Assembly: GCF_030028105.1 (NCBI RefSeq)
Contig: NC_092379.1
Location: 63,934,008-63,998,007, forward strand
DNA: 64,000 nt
Direction: 5' to 3'
Source of the DNA: Mobula birostris
Taxonomy: Eukaryota
In this document: one piece after another, positions 10,420-22,089 of the stretch
Layout: every line of letters begins with the position of its first letter
How positions within the stretch are numbered: position 1 is the first letter of the stretch
The notes under the pieces: model-generated
Databases searched by the model: none
What the model was told of the DNA's origin: nothing
What the model saw: only the letters and a program-made list of their open reading frames with translations
Program-made: the position numbers and the translations under genes

Positions 10420-13190
10420 AGATGTGACTTTTTAATGCAAGAAGTATCATGAACAAAGTGGATGAGCTTAGAGTGTGGATCAGTACTTGCTATGGCCATT
10501 CCAGAGACTTCAATGGCTCAGAGGCAGGAATGGCTACTTAGAGTGCCAAGCTTCAGATGTTTCAGAAAAGACAGGGCGGGAGGCAAAAGAGGTGGGGGTG
10601 TGGCACTGCTGATCAGAGATAGTGTCGCGGCTGCAGAAAAGGAGGAAGTCATGCAGGGATTGTCTATTGAGTCTCTGTGGGTTAAAGTTAGAAAGAGGAA
10701 GGGGTCAATAACTCTACTGGGTGTTTTTTATAGACCATCCAATAGTAACAGGGACATCGAGGAGCAGATAGGGAGGCAGATTCTGGAAAGGTGTAATATT
10801 TCTGTGCTATAGTCTATAACTCTAATGCAATAACAGGATTGTGGTGGTAGGCGATTTTAATTTCTCCAGTATTGATTAGCATCTCCTAGAGCAAGAGCTT
10901 TAGATAGGGTAGAGTTTGTTAGGTGTGTTCAGGAAGGTTTCCTGACGCAGTAGGTAGATAAGCCTACAAGAGAAGAGGTTGTACTTGATCTGGTATTGGA
11001 AAATGAACCTGGTCATGTGTCAGGTCTCTCAGTGGGAGAGCATTTTAGTGACAGTGATCACAATTCTATCTCCTTTACTATAGAATTAGACAGGGATAGG
11101 AACAGACAAGTTAGGGAAGCGTTTAACTGGAGTAAGGGGAAATATGAAGCTATCAGGCAGCAACTTGGAAGCATAAATTGGGAACAGATGTTCTCAGGGA
11201 AATGTACAGCAAAAATGTGGCAAATGTTCAGGGATATCTGTGTGGTGTTCTGCATAGGTACATTCCAATGAGACAGGGAAAGGATGGTAGGGTACAGGAA
11301 CCGTGGTGTACAAAGGCTGTTGAAAATCTAGTCAATAAGAAGAGAAAAGCTTACCAAACGTTCAAAAAACTAGGTAATGATAGAGATCTAGAAAATTATA
11401 AGGCTAGTAGGAGGGAGCTTAAGAATCAAATTAGGAGAGCCAGAAGGGGCTATGAGAAGGCCTTGATGAGCAGGATTAAGGAGAACCGCAAGGCATTCTA
11501 CAAGTATGTGAAGAGCAAGAGGATAACACATGAGAGAATAGGACCAATCAAGTCTGACAATGGAAAAGTGTGTATGGAACCGGAGGAGGTAGTGGAGGTA
11601 CTTAATGAATACTTTGCTTCAGTATTCACTACAGAAAATGATCTTGGCGGTTTTGGGGATGACTCACAGTGGACTGAAAAGCTTGAGCATATAGACATTA
11701 AGAAAGAGGATGTGCTGGAACTTTTGGATAAGTCACCGGGACCAGACGAGATATCCCCCAGGCTACTGTGGGAAGTGAGGGAGAAGATTGCTGAGCCTCC
11801 AGCAATGATCTTTGCATCTTCAATGGGGATGGGAGACATTCCGGAGGACTGGAGGGTTGCAGATGTTGATCCCTTATTCAAGAAAGGGAGTAGAGATAGC
11901 CCAGGAAATTATAGACCAGTGAGTCTTACTTCAGTGGTTGGTAAGTTGATGGAGAAGATTCTGAGAAGCAGGATTTATGAACATTTGGAGAGACATGATA
12001 TGATTAGGAATAGTCAGCATGGCTTTGTCAAAGGTAGGTCATGCCTTACAAGCCTGATTGAATTTTTTGAGGATATGACTAAACACATTGATGAAGGAAG
12101 AGCAGTAGATGTAGTGTATATGGATTTCAGCAAGGCATTTGATAAGGTACCCCATGTAAGGCTTATTGAGAAACTAAGGAGGCATGGGATCCAAGGGGAT
12201 CTTGCTTTGTGGATCCAGAAATGGCTTGCCCACAGAAGGCAAAGAGTGGTTGGAGATGGATCATATTCTGCATGGAGGCCGTTCACCAGTGGTGTGCCTC
12301 AGGGATTTGTTCTGGGACCCCTTCTCTTTGTGATTTTATAAATGACCTGGATGAAGAAGTGGAGGGATGGGTTAGTAAGTTTGCTGATGACACAAAGGTT
12401 GGGGGTGTTGTGGATAGTATTGAGAGCTGTCAGAGGTTACAACGGGATACAAAACTGGGCTGAGAAATGGCAGATGGAGTTCAACCCAGATAAGTGTGAG
12501 GTGGTTCATTTTTTTAGGTCAAATGTGATGGCAGAGTATAGTATTAATGGTAAGGCTCTTGGCAGTGTGGAAGATCAGAGGGATCTTGTGGTCCAAGTCC
12601 ATAGGACACTCAAAGCTGCTGCACAGGTTGACTGTGTGGTTAAGAAGGCATACGGTGCATTGGCCTTCATCAACCGTGGGATTGAGCTTAAGAGTTGAGA
12701 TGTAATGTTATAGTTATATAGAACCCTGGTCAGACCCCACTGGGAGTACTGTGCACAGTTCTGGTCACCTCAGTACAGGAAGGATGTGGAAACTATAGAA
12801 AGGGTGCAGAGGAGAATTACAAGAATGTTGCCTGGATTTGAGAGAATGCCTTATGAGAATAGGTTGAGTGAACTCGGCCTTTTCTCCTTGGAGTGACGGA
12901 GAATGAGAGGTGACCGGACAGGGATGTATAAGATGATGAGAGGCATTGATCATGTGGATGGTCAGAAGCTTTTCCCCAGGGCTGAAATGGCTAACACCAG
13001 AGGGCACAGTTTTAAGGTACTTGGAAGTAGGTACAGATGAGATGTCAGGGGTAAGTTTTTTACTCAGGGAGTGGTGAGTGTGTGGAATGGGCTGTCGGCG
13101 ATGGTGGTGGAGGCAGATACAATAGGGTCTTTTCAGAGACTCCTGGACAGGTACATGGAGCTTAGAAAAATAGAGGGCTATGGGTAACCC
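10420..13190 (+). pseudogene. CR1 ORF2p: APE endonuclease and reverse transcriptase (frameshifts and stops)
   Basis: GGGVALLI, GVFYRP, SDHNSI, NYRPVSLTSVVGKLMEKIL, YMDFSKAFDKVPH, GVPQGFVLGPLLF, KFADDTK. Confidence 0.95.
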
Positions 13191-13281
13191 GAGGTAATTT
13201 CTAAAGTAAGTACATGTTTGGCACAGCATTGTGGGCTGAAGGGCCTGTATTGTGCTGTAAGTTTTCTATGTTCTCTGTTTC

Positions 13282-14900
13282 TATGCTGATCCACCACCAC
13301 CTTTGATACAGCCAACGATACTGATGTCATCAGCAAACTTAATATGGCATTGGAGCTGTGCTTATCCACACAGTTGTAAGTGTTCAGTGAGTAGAGCAGG
13401 GGGCTAAGCATACAGCTCTGTGGTGCACCTGTGCTGATGGAGATTGTGGAGGAAATGCTGTTGCCTTTCTCAACTGACTGGGGTCTGCAAGTGAGGAAAT
13501 CCAAGACCCAGTTGCACAAGGAGGTACTGAGACTAAGGACTTCAAGCTTATTGATTAGATTTTAAGGGATAATGGTACTGAAAGCTGAGCTGTTGTCGAT
13601 AAAGAGCATCCTGACATATGAATTTTTGCTGTCTAGATGTTCGAGGTTTGAGTGAAGAGACAGTGAGGTAGCATCTGCTGTGGACCCCTTGGTCTGGTAG
13701 GCAAATTGGAGCAGATCCTCAGACCGGAGCTGATATGTTTCATCCTAAACCTCGAAAAATAATTCGTCACTCGGGATGTAAGTGCTGCTGGACGATAGTC
13801 TTTGAGGCAGGTTACCACTTTCTTCTTCTGCACTGGTATAATAGAAACCTGCTTGAAGCAGGTGAGTACCTCCAACTGCCGAAGTGAGAGGTTAAAGATC
13901 TCAGTGAACACTCTAGCAAGTTGATCAGCACAACTTTTTAGTACATGGACAGGTACCAAGTCCGGTCTGGATGCTCTTTGTGGGTTCATCCTCCTGAAGG
14001 CTGCTCGCACATCAGCCTCAGAGGCTGAAATCACAGGATCATCAGGGGCTGTGGGAGTTCGTGATGATTTATCCATGCTTAGACGGTCAAAGCGAGCATA
14101 GTCGGCATTGAGCTCATCTCAGTCTGAAGCCCTGCTGTCTCCTACGTCGCTTGATTTAACTTTTTAAGAGGTGATCGTATTCAAGCCCTATCACAACTGT
14201 TGAGCATACTTTGTTGCTTCAAGTTTAGTCCAGAAATATCACTTCACCCATGAAATGGGTTTCTGGAGATTGTACCTGGACTTCTTGTAACTTTCCTGGT
14301 CACCAGACTTGAATGCCACTGATCTGGCCCTCAGCAGGTTGTGGATCTTATGGTTCATCTAGGCCTTCTGGTTGGAGAAGACTCTGAATGATTTTGTGGG
14401 GATGAATTTATCTAAAATCATTTTAATAAAGTCTGTGACAACCATGGTGTGTTCATTCAGATCCAAAGATGAGTATTTGAGCACAACCCAGATCACCGAC
14501 TCAAAGCTCTCCTGTCGCCACTCCTACGCCTCCTGCGACCATGTCTTTGTGTTCCTAATCTCTGGAACTTTGCGCCTTAGCCTCTGCCTGTGTGCAGGTC
14601 AGAGAAGGACAGCCAAGTGATCTGATTTACCAACAGTCTGGGAGTGGAGCAGTAGGTATTCCTTATCTTAGTATAACAGTGGTCTAGTGCGCCGGGTCCT
14701 CTGGTGCTACTGGTTATATGCTGATGGTAATTGGGCAGGGTTTTCTTCAAACAATCTTAATTGTAATCACTGACTATTGACTATGTTTCTTGTTTGGAGA
14801 TGGCATCATGCATAAATATTTATCTACTTCACTTAAGTCAGAGACCTACAGTCAAAGCGAATTGGAGCAAGATTAAGACAGTGATTATTGGTTAAATGTC
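13282..14900 (-). mobile_element. Rex1/Babar LINE, 5' part (APE end and RT), continuation of 8372-9168
   Basis: [65 protein letters not shown]. Confidence 0.88.
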
Positions 14901-15184
14901 TTAAATTTAGATCTGCTTAGGCATGCAGGTGATTTACTTGCATGTTCATTGTTTTTAATTTGTTTTCGCTTAGAAGTTTGTGACTGTTGTTCTTACTACG
15001 TCAATGCAAACATATGACTGTTTCCCTTGTTGATGTTAACAGATGATGTGACCCATTTCAAACATAATGATTTTCAATGTAGAAAGATTATGTTAAGAGT
15101 TAATTCTATCATGTTGCTCAAAATGGCTCCACTCAGTATACGAAAATCAAAAGAAGTCTGAATGCTCAAATAAAGTCAAGAAGA

Positions 15185-15520
15185 GAGCTGGAGACACTCA
15201 GCAGTCAGACAGTATGCATGGAAAAAGTTGTTATTTGAAAGCTGATGACAAAAGCCAGAGATGAAATGTTAACTGGAGACATAAGTGACTGCAGATGCTG
15301 AAATATGAGGAAAAATCGAACTGCTGGAAGAATGCGATGGGTCGAGCAGCATCGTTATACAGGGTCTTCACTCAAAACACTGGCAGTTTCTTTCACTCAC
15401 AGATGCTGCCTGGCCCACTGTGTTCTTCCAGCAGATTGTTTTGGCCTCCAGAATGTTAACTCTATCTTTTTTTAAACAGATGCTGCTGAACTACCGAGTG
15501 GCTCCATTAAGTGCTTTCTT
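15185..15520. mobile_element. Two nested decayed Penelope-derived terminal elements
   Basis: Outer copy CTGATGA...GAAATGTTAACT...acagatgctgc is split by an inner inverted-repeat copy (15275-15451); TSD aatgttaact at 15265-15274 and 15452-15461. Confidence 0.7.
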
Positions 15521-15732
15521 CGTTTTACTCTGCTTTCCTTCCATGGTTTCCTCCAATCCTAAACCTTTCCCAAAGAAGCCAACATGTCACTGCCATAAAT
15601 TGTGCAAACGTCTACATTGTGTGAAACCTTACCTCAGTGCTCCCTTTACACAGAGAGTAGAATGCTGCAAAGCAGGGGCTTTGCTGACAGACTTCATCCT
15701 GACGATGGCCAATGAGGGTCACAGGGTGGCGA

Positions 15733-17530
15733 TCATAAGACCATAAAATATAGGAGCAGAAATTGGCCATTTGGCCCATCAAATCTGCTTCACCATTTGA
15801 TCATGGCTGATCCATTTCCCTCTAAACTTATTCTTCTGCCTTCTTTCCATAACCTTTCATGCCCTAACTTATCAAGAATCTATCAATTTCCACCTTAAAT
15901 ACCTGGCCTGTAGCAATGTATTCCATAGATTCATCACCCTCTGGCTAATAAATTCCTCCTCAACACCATTCTAAATGGATGTCCCTCTATTCTGTGATTG
16001 TGCCCTCTGGTCCTAGACACCCCACGACAGGAAATATCCTCTCCATATCCACTGCTCGACACTACCTGCCCCTCCACCATCTTCATATCATCCGCAACAT
16101 GGCCACAAAGCAATAAATTCTGCCATCCAAATTATTGGCATATAACGGTAAAGAAAACAGTCCCAACACCAAAGTCCGCTGAACACCACTAGTCACTGGC
16201 AGCCAATCAGAAAAGGCTCTTTTTATTCTCACTCTTTGCCTCCTGCCAATCAGCCAATACTCCAGCCCTGCTAGTATCTTTCCTGGAATATCATGAGCTT
16301 TTATTAAGCAGCCTCATGTGCAGCACCTGGTCAAAGGCCTTGTGAAAATCCAAGGACACAACATCCACCCAGCCCCTTTGCCTACCTGTCTGCCCCTTCG
16401 ATATAATGTGCATACCTAGATGTTAAGCTCCCAGCCACAATCTTCTTTCAGCCATGACTCAGTGATGCCCACAACATCATACCTGCCAATCTCTAACTGT
16501 GCTGCAAGATCGTCTATCTTATTCTGTATACAGTTTGTACAGGTCATACCTTCCCCAGAAGAGATTCAAATGATCCTGAAATATGAACCCCTGTCACCTG
16601 TACCTTTTCCTTAGCCATATATTCACCAGCCAAATCGTCCTATTCTTCCCCTTAGTGGCACATGGCACAGGCAGCAAACTAGAGATTACTACCCTGGAGG
16701 TCCTGCTTTTCAGCTTTCTATCTAACTCCTGAATTCTCTCTTCAGGGCCTCCTTGCCTTTCATATAAGTATCATTGGTGCCTATATGTACCAAGATTTCT
16801 GGCTGCTCACCCTCCCTCTTTAGAATACTGTGAACCCAGTCTGAGATGTCCCTGACCCTGGTACCTGGGAGGCAACAACCATCCAGGTCTCTCTATCGCA
16901 TCCACAAAATCTTGTGTGTACTCCTCTAACTGTGGAATCCCCTAGTACAACAGTCGTCCTCTTCCCCCAACGTCCCTGCTGAGCTACTCAGTGCTAGAGA
17001 CCTGGTTGTTTCCGCTACCACCTCCCCCCCCCCCAACCGCAGTTTGACCCCCTCAACAGTATGTATATTATTGAGGGGAGTAGTCATAGGGAATCTCAGC
17101 ACTGACTGCCCATTTCCTTTCCCTATCCCTATCCTGACAGTCACTCAGGTACCTATCTCCTGCACTTAATGGTGACGCCCTTTATCTCCAACCTATCACC
17201 GTAGTGTCCTGTATGAGCCAAAGGTCACTGAGCTGCAGTTCCAGTTCCTTAACACGTTCTCTGAGGAGCTGCAGTTCGGTGCACCTGGCGCAGATGTGGT
17301 TATCTGGGATGGTGGAGGTTTCCCAGAATTCCCACAAAGAACACAGCACAGCCCCTGGAGTCATCCTCACTGCTCTAACTATGTGCTAACAGATAAAGAA
17401 TGAAGAATGAAGAAAAAAGCAATTTACCAGATACCTTGTCCAAACTTGTTCAAGCCTGTTGAGCCAAAGCTTCCCCCCTCTAACACTGGTCCACTCACAC
17501 AATGGCCACTCCAAAAATGGCTGCTTCATT
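15733..17530 (-). mobile_element. Internally deleted CR1 LINE (5' UTR, ORF1, short APE and RT pieces, 3' tail)
   Basis: CSLWEFWETSTIPDNHICARCTELQLLRERVKELELQL; esterase remnants; DFHKAFD and ADD remnants; tail cataagaccataa. Confidence 0.88.
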
Positions 17531-17852
17531 TGTCCCTACTTTATTTTTATTTTCTCTTGTAAATGAATCACTGTTTGATTGGGTCGCTGGAAAATACTAA
17601 AAGCCTGTGAACGTACCTTCTTAAAACCCCATTCGTTGACCTGTAAATTGCCTCCTCCCTCTCCCGATTTGAATGGACCACTGAAATAATGTCGAAAACC
17701 CATGAACACTTTTTTTAAAATCTCAATGGTCTCATGCAACAGTTCTCTCAGATAATTCTGAGGAAAATTGCTGTTGTGTGATACATGGCTGTTACTCTGG
17801 TGTGTGTAACTTATATATAGAAGTATATATTCTATATTTATAGAACAATATA

Positions 17853-18993
17853 AACAACACACACAAAATGCTGGACAAACTCAGCAGGCCAGGCAACATC
17901 TATGGACAAAAGTACAGTCGATGTTTCAGGCCGAGACCCTTTGGCAGGAAGCCCTAGACACTGCCTGGCCTGCTGAGTTCCTCCAGCATTTTGTGTGTGT
18001 TGCTCGGATTTCCAACATCTGCAGATTTTCTCATAGTCATAGTCATACTTTATTGATCCCGAGGGAAATTGGTTTTCGTTACAGTTGCACCATAAATAAT
18101 TAAATAGTAATAAAACCATAAATAATTAAATAGTAATATGTAAATTATGCCAGGAAATAAGTCCAGGACCAGCCTATTGGCTCAGGGTGTCTGACCCTCC
18201 AAGGGAGGAGTTGTAAAGTTTGACGGCCACAGGCAGGAATGACTTCCTATGACGCTCTCTGGCTGAACGTACTCCTGTGCCCAACCAGTACATTATGTAG
18301 TGGATGGGAGACATTGTCCAAGATGGCATGCAACTTGGACAGCATCCTCTTTTCAGACACCACCATCAGAGAGTCCAGTTCCATCCCCACAACATCACTG
18401 GCCTTACGAATGAGTTTGATTCTGTTGGTGTCTGCTACCCTCAGCCTGCTGCCCCAGCACACAACAGCAAACATGATCGCACTGGCGACTACAGAGTCAT
18501 AGAGCATCCTCAGCATCGTCCGACAGATGTTAAAGGACCTCAGTCTCCTCAGGAAATAGAGACGGCTCTGACTCTTCTTGTAGACAACCTCAGTGTTCTT
18601 TGACCAGTCCAGTTTATTGTCAGTTCGTATCCCCAGGTATTTGTAATCCTCTACCATGTCCACACTGACCCCCTGGATGGAAACAGGGGTCACCGGTACC
18701 TTAGCTCTCCTCAGGTCTACCACCAGCTCCTTAGTCTTTTTCACATTAAGCTGCAGATAATTCTGCTCACACCATGTGACAAAGTTTCCTACCGTAGCCC
18801 TGTACTCAGCCTCATCTCCCTTGCTGATGCATCCAACTATGCCAGAGTCATCAGAAAACTTCTGAAGATGACAAGACTCTGTGCAGTAGTTGAAGTCCGA
18901 GGTGTAAATGGTGAAGAGAAAGGGAGACAAGACAGTCCCCTGTGGAGCCCCAGTGCTGCTGATCACTCTGTCGGACACACTCTTTCTCGTTTG
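17853..18993. mobile_element. Penelope-derived short element with inverted termini, interrupted by Rex1
   Basis: 16-bp TSD tttatagaacaatata (17837-17852 and 18994-19009); inverted arms acacacacaaaatgctgg..actcagcaggccaggca / tgcctggcctgctgagt..ccagcattttgtgtgtgt; decayed hammerhead on minus at about 17915-17950. Confidence 0.88.
18033..18982 (-). mobile_element. Young 5'-truncated Rex1-type LINE
   Basis: Open frame 18247-18980: GAPQGTVLSPFLFTIYTSDF, QKFSDDSGIVGCI, LNVKKTKELVVD; tail AATAAAG(TATGAC)n; probable TSD tttctc. Confidence 0.93.
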
Positions 18994-19583
18994 TTTATAG
19001 AACAATATAGATTTGATACACAACCTGAGCTCTCAGGGGATCAGTTGCCAATCCTCCACCACTCCTGCCCAGTTCATATACTGTTCCTTTACCCGAAACT
19101 ACATTCCTCCTCCTGTGAGTCCTCTCCCACACAATATTTTGGCTTCCTCCCCAATCCCTTCTCCTCCTAAAGCCAGTGTTCTGCTCTCTTTCCCACTGAG
19201 TGACTCTTTCTCCGCATTTCCTATGAACCTCCACTGACACTTTCCTCTACCCTAACCCCCTCCACTTTATTGCTTGGTTCATTATCATCAGCAAGATCCA
19301 CCATTGATATGTTAGTTTGCAAAGCTTGTTCTATCCCTCAGGATGCACTGGGACTGGCAAGCAATATGATTTCAGTGTTGACAGACCTCAGAAGAGGCAG
19401 GCAGAGTTTAATTTGAATCTAAGAGGACAGTTGGTTTCGGTATCTGTCAATTCTATGTCAGCTCTGGGCAATTTCCAGTTGGTGCTAAATTTTAAATCAG
19501 AAATCAGAGAAATTGGATTATGGAAGGCAAGGCTTTAAAAGCTTCTGAGGGAAGTGCAAGGGATGAACTAATTTTAGAATGAT

Positions 19584-19676
19584 TCTCTCTCTCTCCTCTC
19601 TCCCTCTCTCTCTCCTCTCTCTCTCTCTCCCTTTCTCTCTCCTCTGTCCTCTCCTCTCTCTCTTCTCTCTCTCTCG
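19584..19676. repeat. Imperfect (CT)n microsatellite
   Basis: Continuous ctctctc tract. Confidence 0.9.
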
Positions 19677-19739
19677 CCAGATCTTGCCCTACTTTACTCC
19701 CTCACTTCTTTATATTTGTTATCTCTGCTCTACTCTTTT

Positions 19740-19830
19740 AGTCCAGATGAGGAACTTGACCAAAACATGAACTGTCCATTTCCCTTCACAGAAGCTGCCT
19801 GACTCAATGATGTCCTCCAGCAGTTCATTG
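19740..19830 (+). mobile_element. Decayed Penelope terminal segment with hammerhead remnant
   Basis: agtccagatgagg...aaaacatgaact...cacagaagctgcctgactc...cctccagca parallels 4692-4775. Confidence 0.6.
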
Positions 19831-20984
19831 CTTACAATGGCATGTCTTTATGCCAACAAAAAAATTAGGCACTTGGCTTTGAGTCCCATCAACAAAGTCA
19901 TTCATAAATTTGCTGAATATGAGGTTCCAACACGTTCTGAAGAATCTCTGGTCACATTCCGCCTATTTAACTACTTGTCCATTATCGCCACTTTCTGACT
20001 CCTATTGTCTAGCCATCTTAATAACTTGCCCACAATTTTGCTGAATTCAGGTATAGCTGAAAGCCTCATCCATGGTTTCTCTTATCAAGTCAATTAATTC
20101 TGCTTTTCTCTGATCAAATGAAAATTTTGAAAGTCATTACTTTCTGTATCAATTCTGGTAACAGATATTGATCTCAGATTCAGATAATAGCTCAGCTACA
20201 GATGTGAGCCTAATTATCCATAATAGCCTGGCTTCCCACTCTTAACTTCAACTAATGAACTTATAAATGGAATTTTCAAAACTATAAGCATGGTTCCTAA
20301 GTTAAAGAGAATTATTATTAGAACACTCAATTATTTTCACATCCTACCCTTAAAATCCTGTGGTGGAAAGCTACGATATTGGTGATTTTTTTTTTGAAGA
20401 TGCCATAATAATTTTGTTCAGTTAATTTGTATGTTAACTTTGGAAAGCTCAATTTTCCATTTTTTCATTATGTCTAAGATGCTACTGACCTCTTCTACTA
20501 AAGTATTCATGTTAAGTAATCACTCACCATGTATGTCCTCTCCCTAGTACATCCTGTTACAGACATTGTTTTTCGCTGGGAATGTAATGTTATATTTCTT
20601 TTTATTAATAGTATCCTTAAAAAGATTATTTTTGTGCATTTCTTTTGTAACTCTCGCTATTTTATCATCTTATTCTGTTCTTTGAATCCTTATCTTTGAC
20701 CTTAGCCCCTACCTTGCTTCCTTAGTTGTCCACAGAATTAAAGTTCACGTTCCTTCTAACTATAGACTACTGCAGCACCACAGTAAATTTATTGATCTAC
20801 AATGGGATTAGGCATTCTCAGATTTGATAATTTTATTGTGGGCAATGTCTGCTTCATTACAATCTTTGTGTTCCTCTCCTTCAAATAACAGATGGGATTC
20901 AGTCATCTCATGATCACTATTAGCTAAATGTGTCGGTTACTCACTTCTAAATACAATGTGCCACCTCCCTTGCTAGTTATGGGA

Positions 20985-21050
20985 CATAGAAACATAGAAA
21001 ACCTACAGCACAATACAGGCCCTTCAGCCCACAAAGCTGTGCTGAACATG
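20985..21050 (-). mobile_element. CR1 extreme 3' tail fragment
   Basis: acatagaaacatagaaaacctacagcacaatacaggcccttcagcccaca is the reverse complement of the tail at 13230-13281. Confidence 0.85.
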
Positions 21051-21984
21051 TAATTCCAGAAAACTATCCTGTACATCCAACATAAATGTATGATCTATCT
21101 TACATTAGTTTATTTGCACATCCAAAACATTCAGCATATTTGCCTATTTTTGCATTTATGCATTATGCTATCTTACAGCTGTTATTTGAGAACCTGTGTA
21201 CACTTCCTACTCAAAACTGATATTTAATGTTCCTTAATTCTACCCTGAAGTCTCCTCAATTACTTAGGCCTCAGTTTTCTTCATCACTCATTTCATTTTG
21301 ATTGAGGATACTCCTTTCTCTCTACCAATTTCCTTTGCTCATCTCCCCTTGAATCTTTTATTTCCACACCTGATTGAGTAGCTGTGTCTCAGCACTGACC
21401 ATCAAGCTGAATTTATGTCTGTAACGCATTTGATTTTTTCTCTATATATTCTGCTTTTGTAAAGAACATACAGATTGCATGCTATTCTGAGTATTTTATT
21501 TGCACATTTTTTTCTTCCCTGTATTAATTCCATTACATCATTTAGATTTCCCTTTATCCATCATGCTTGAAGTTTCATTTGTAGCTTTCTTTGCATGATT
21601 CATCATTAGATGAATAGGTGTTGTTGGCAAAGCTAGGATTTACTACCTATCCCTAAAAGCCTTTGAGAAGCTGATAAGTGGTATTCACTTTAGAATGAGT
21701 ATCAAAACTACCATTTCCTTCTGAACTTTCCCCTGACTTAAGAGTTTATTGACTGCCATTTAATCGTTTTTATTAGGACCTGCTCCCGATGTGGTTATTG
21801 TGTACCTTGCCATTCTCCCATGGTCATAGTCAAACAGCAATACAGCATGGATACAGGCCCTACAGCTCAACTAGTCCCCATTTCCTAAATTTGGGCCCTA
21901 TCCTTCAAGGTCTACCCCTCCATGTACCAACTCAAGTGCTTATCACATTATATTATTGTACCTGCCTCAGCCACAATCATCCAG

Positions 21985-22070
21985 TAGCACTGTGATGAAG
22001 TGCTTTCAGAGCTTGGCGATGAAGCATATCGACTCCCACCTGAGGAGCAACTTGGATCATTCCAATTTTC
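21985..22070 (+). mobile_element. Rex1/Babar RT fragment
   Basis: VMKCFQSLAMKHIDSHLRSNLD. Confidence 0.7.
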
Positions 22071-22089
22071 TGAATGTTCTAAGAGGAAA

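Larger units (their letters stand above)
9169..13281 (+). mobile_element. Near full-length CR1 LINE inserted in a Rex1/Babar copy
   Basis: 5' UTR, ORF1, APE-RT ORF2 and tail gggctgaagggcctg...ttctatgttctctgtttc; TSD tatgct at 9163-9168 and 13282-13287. Confidence 0.95.

Noticed and set aside
11178-12341. 387-aa ORF as a functional host gene
   Set aside because: It is a CR1 RT fragment bounded by frameshifts.
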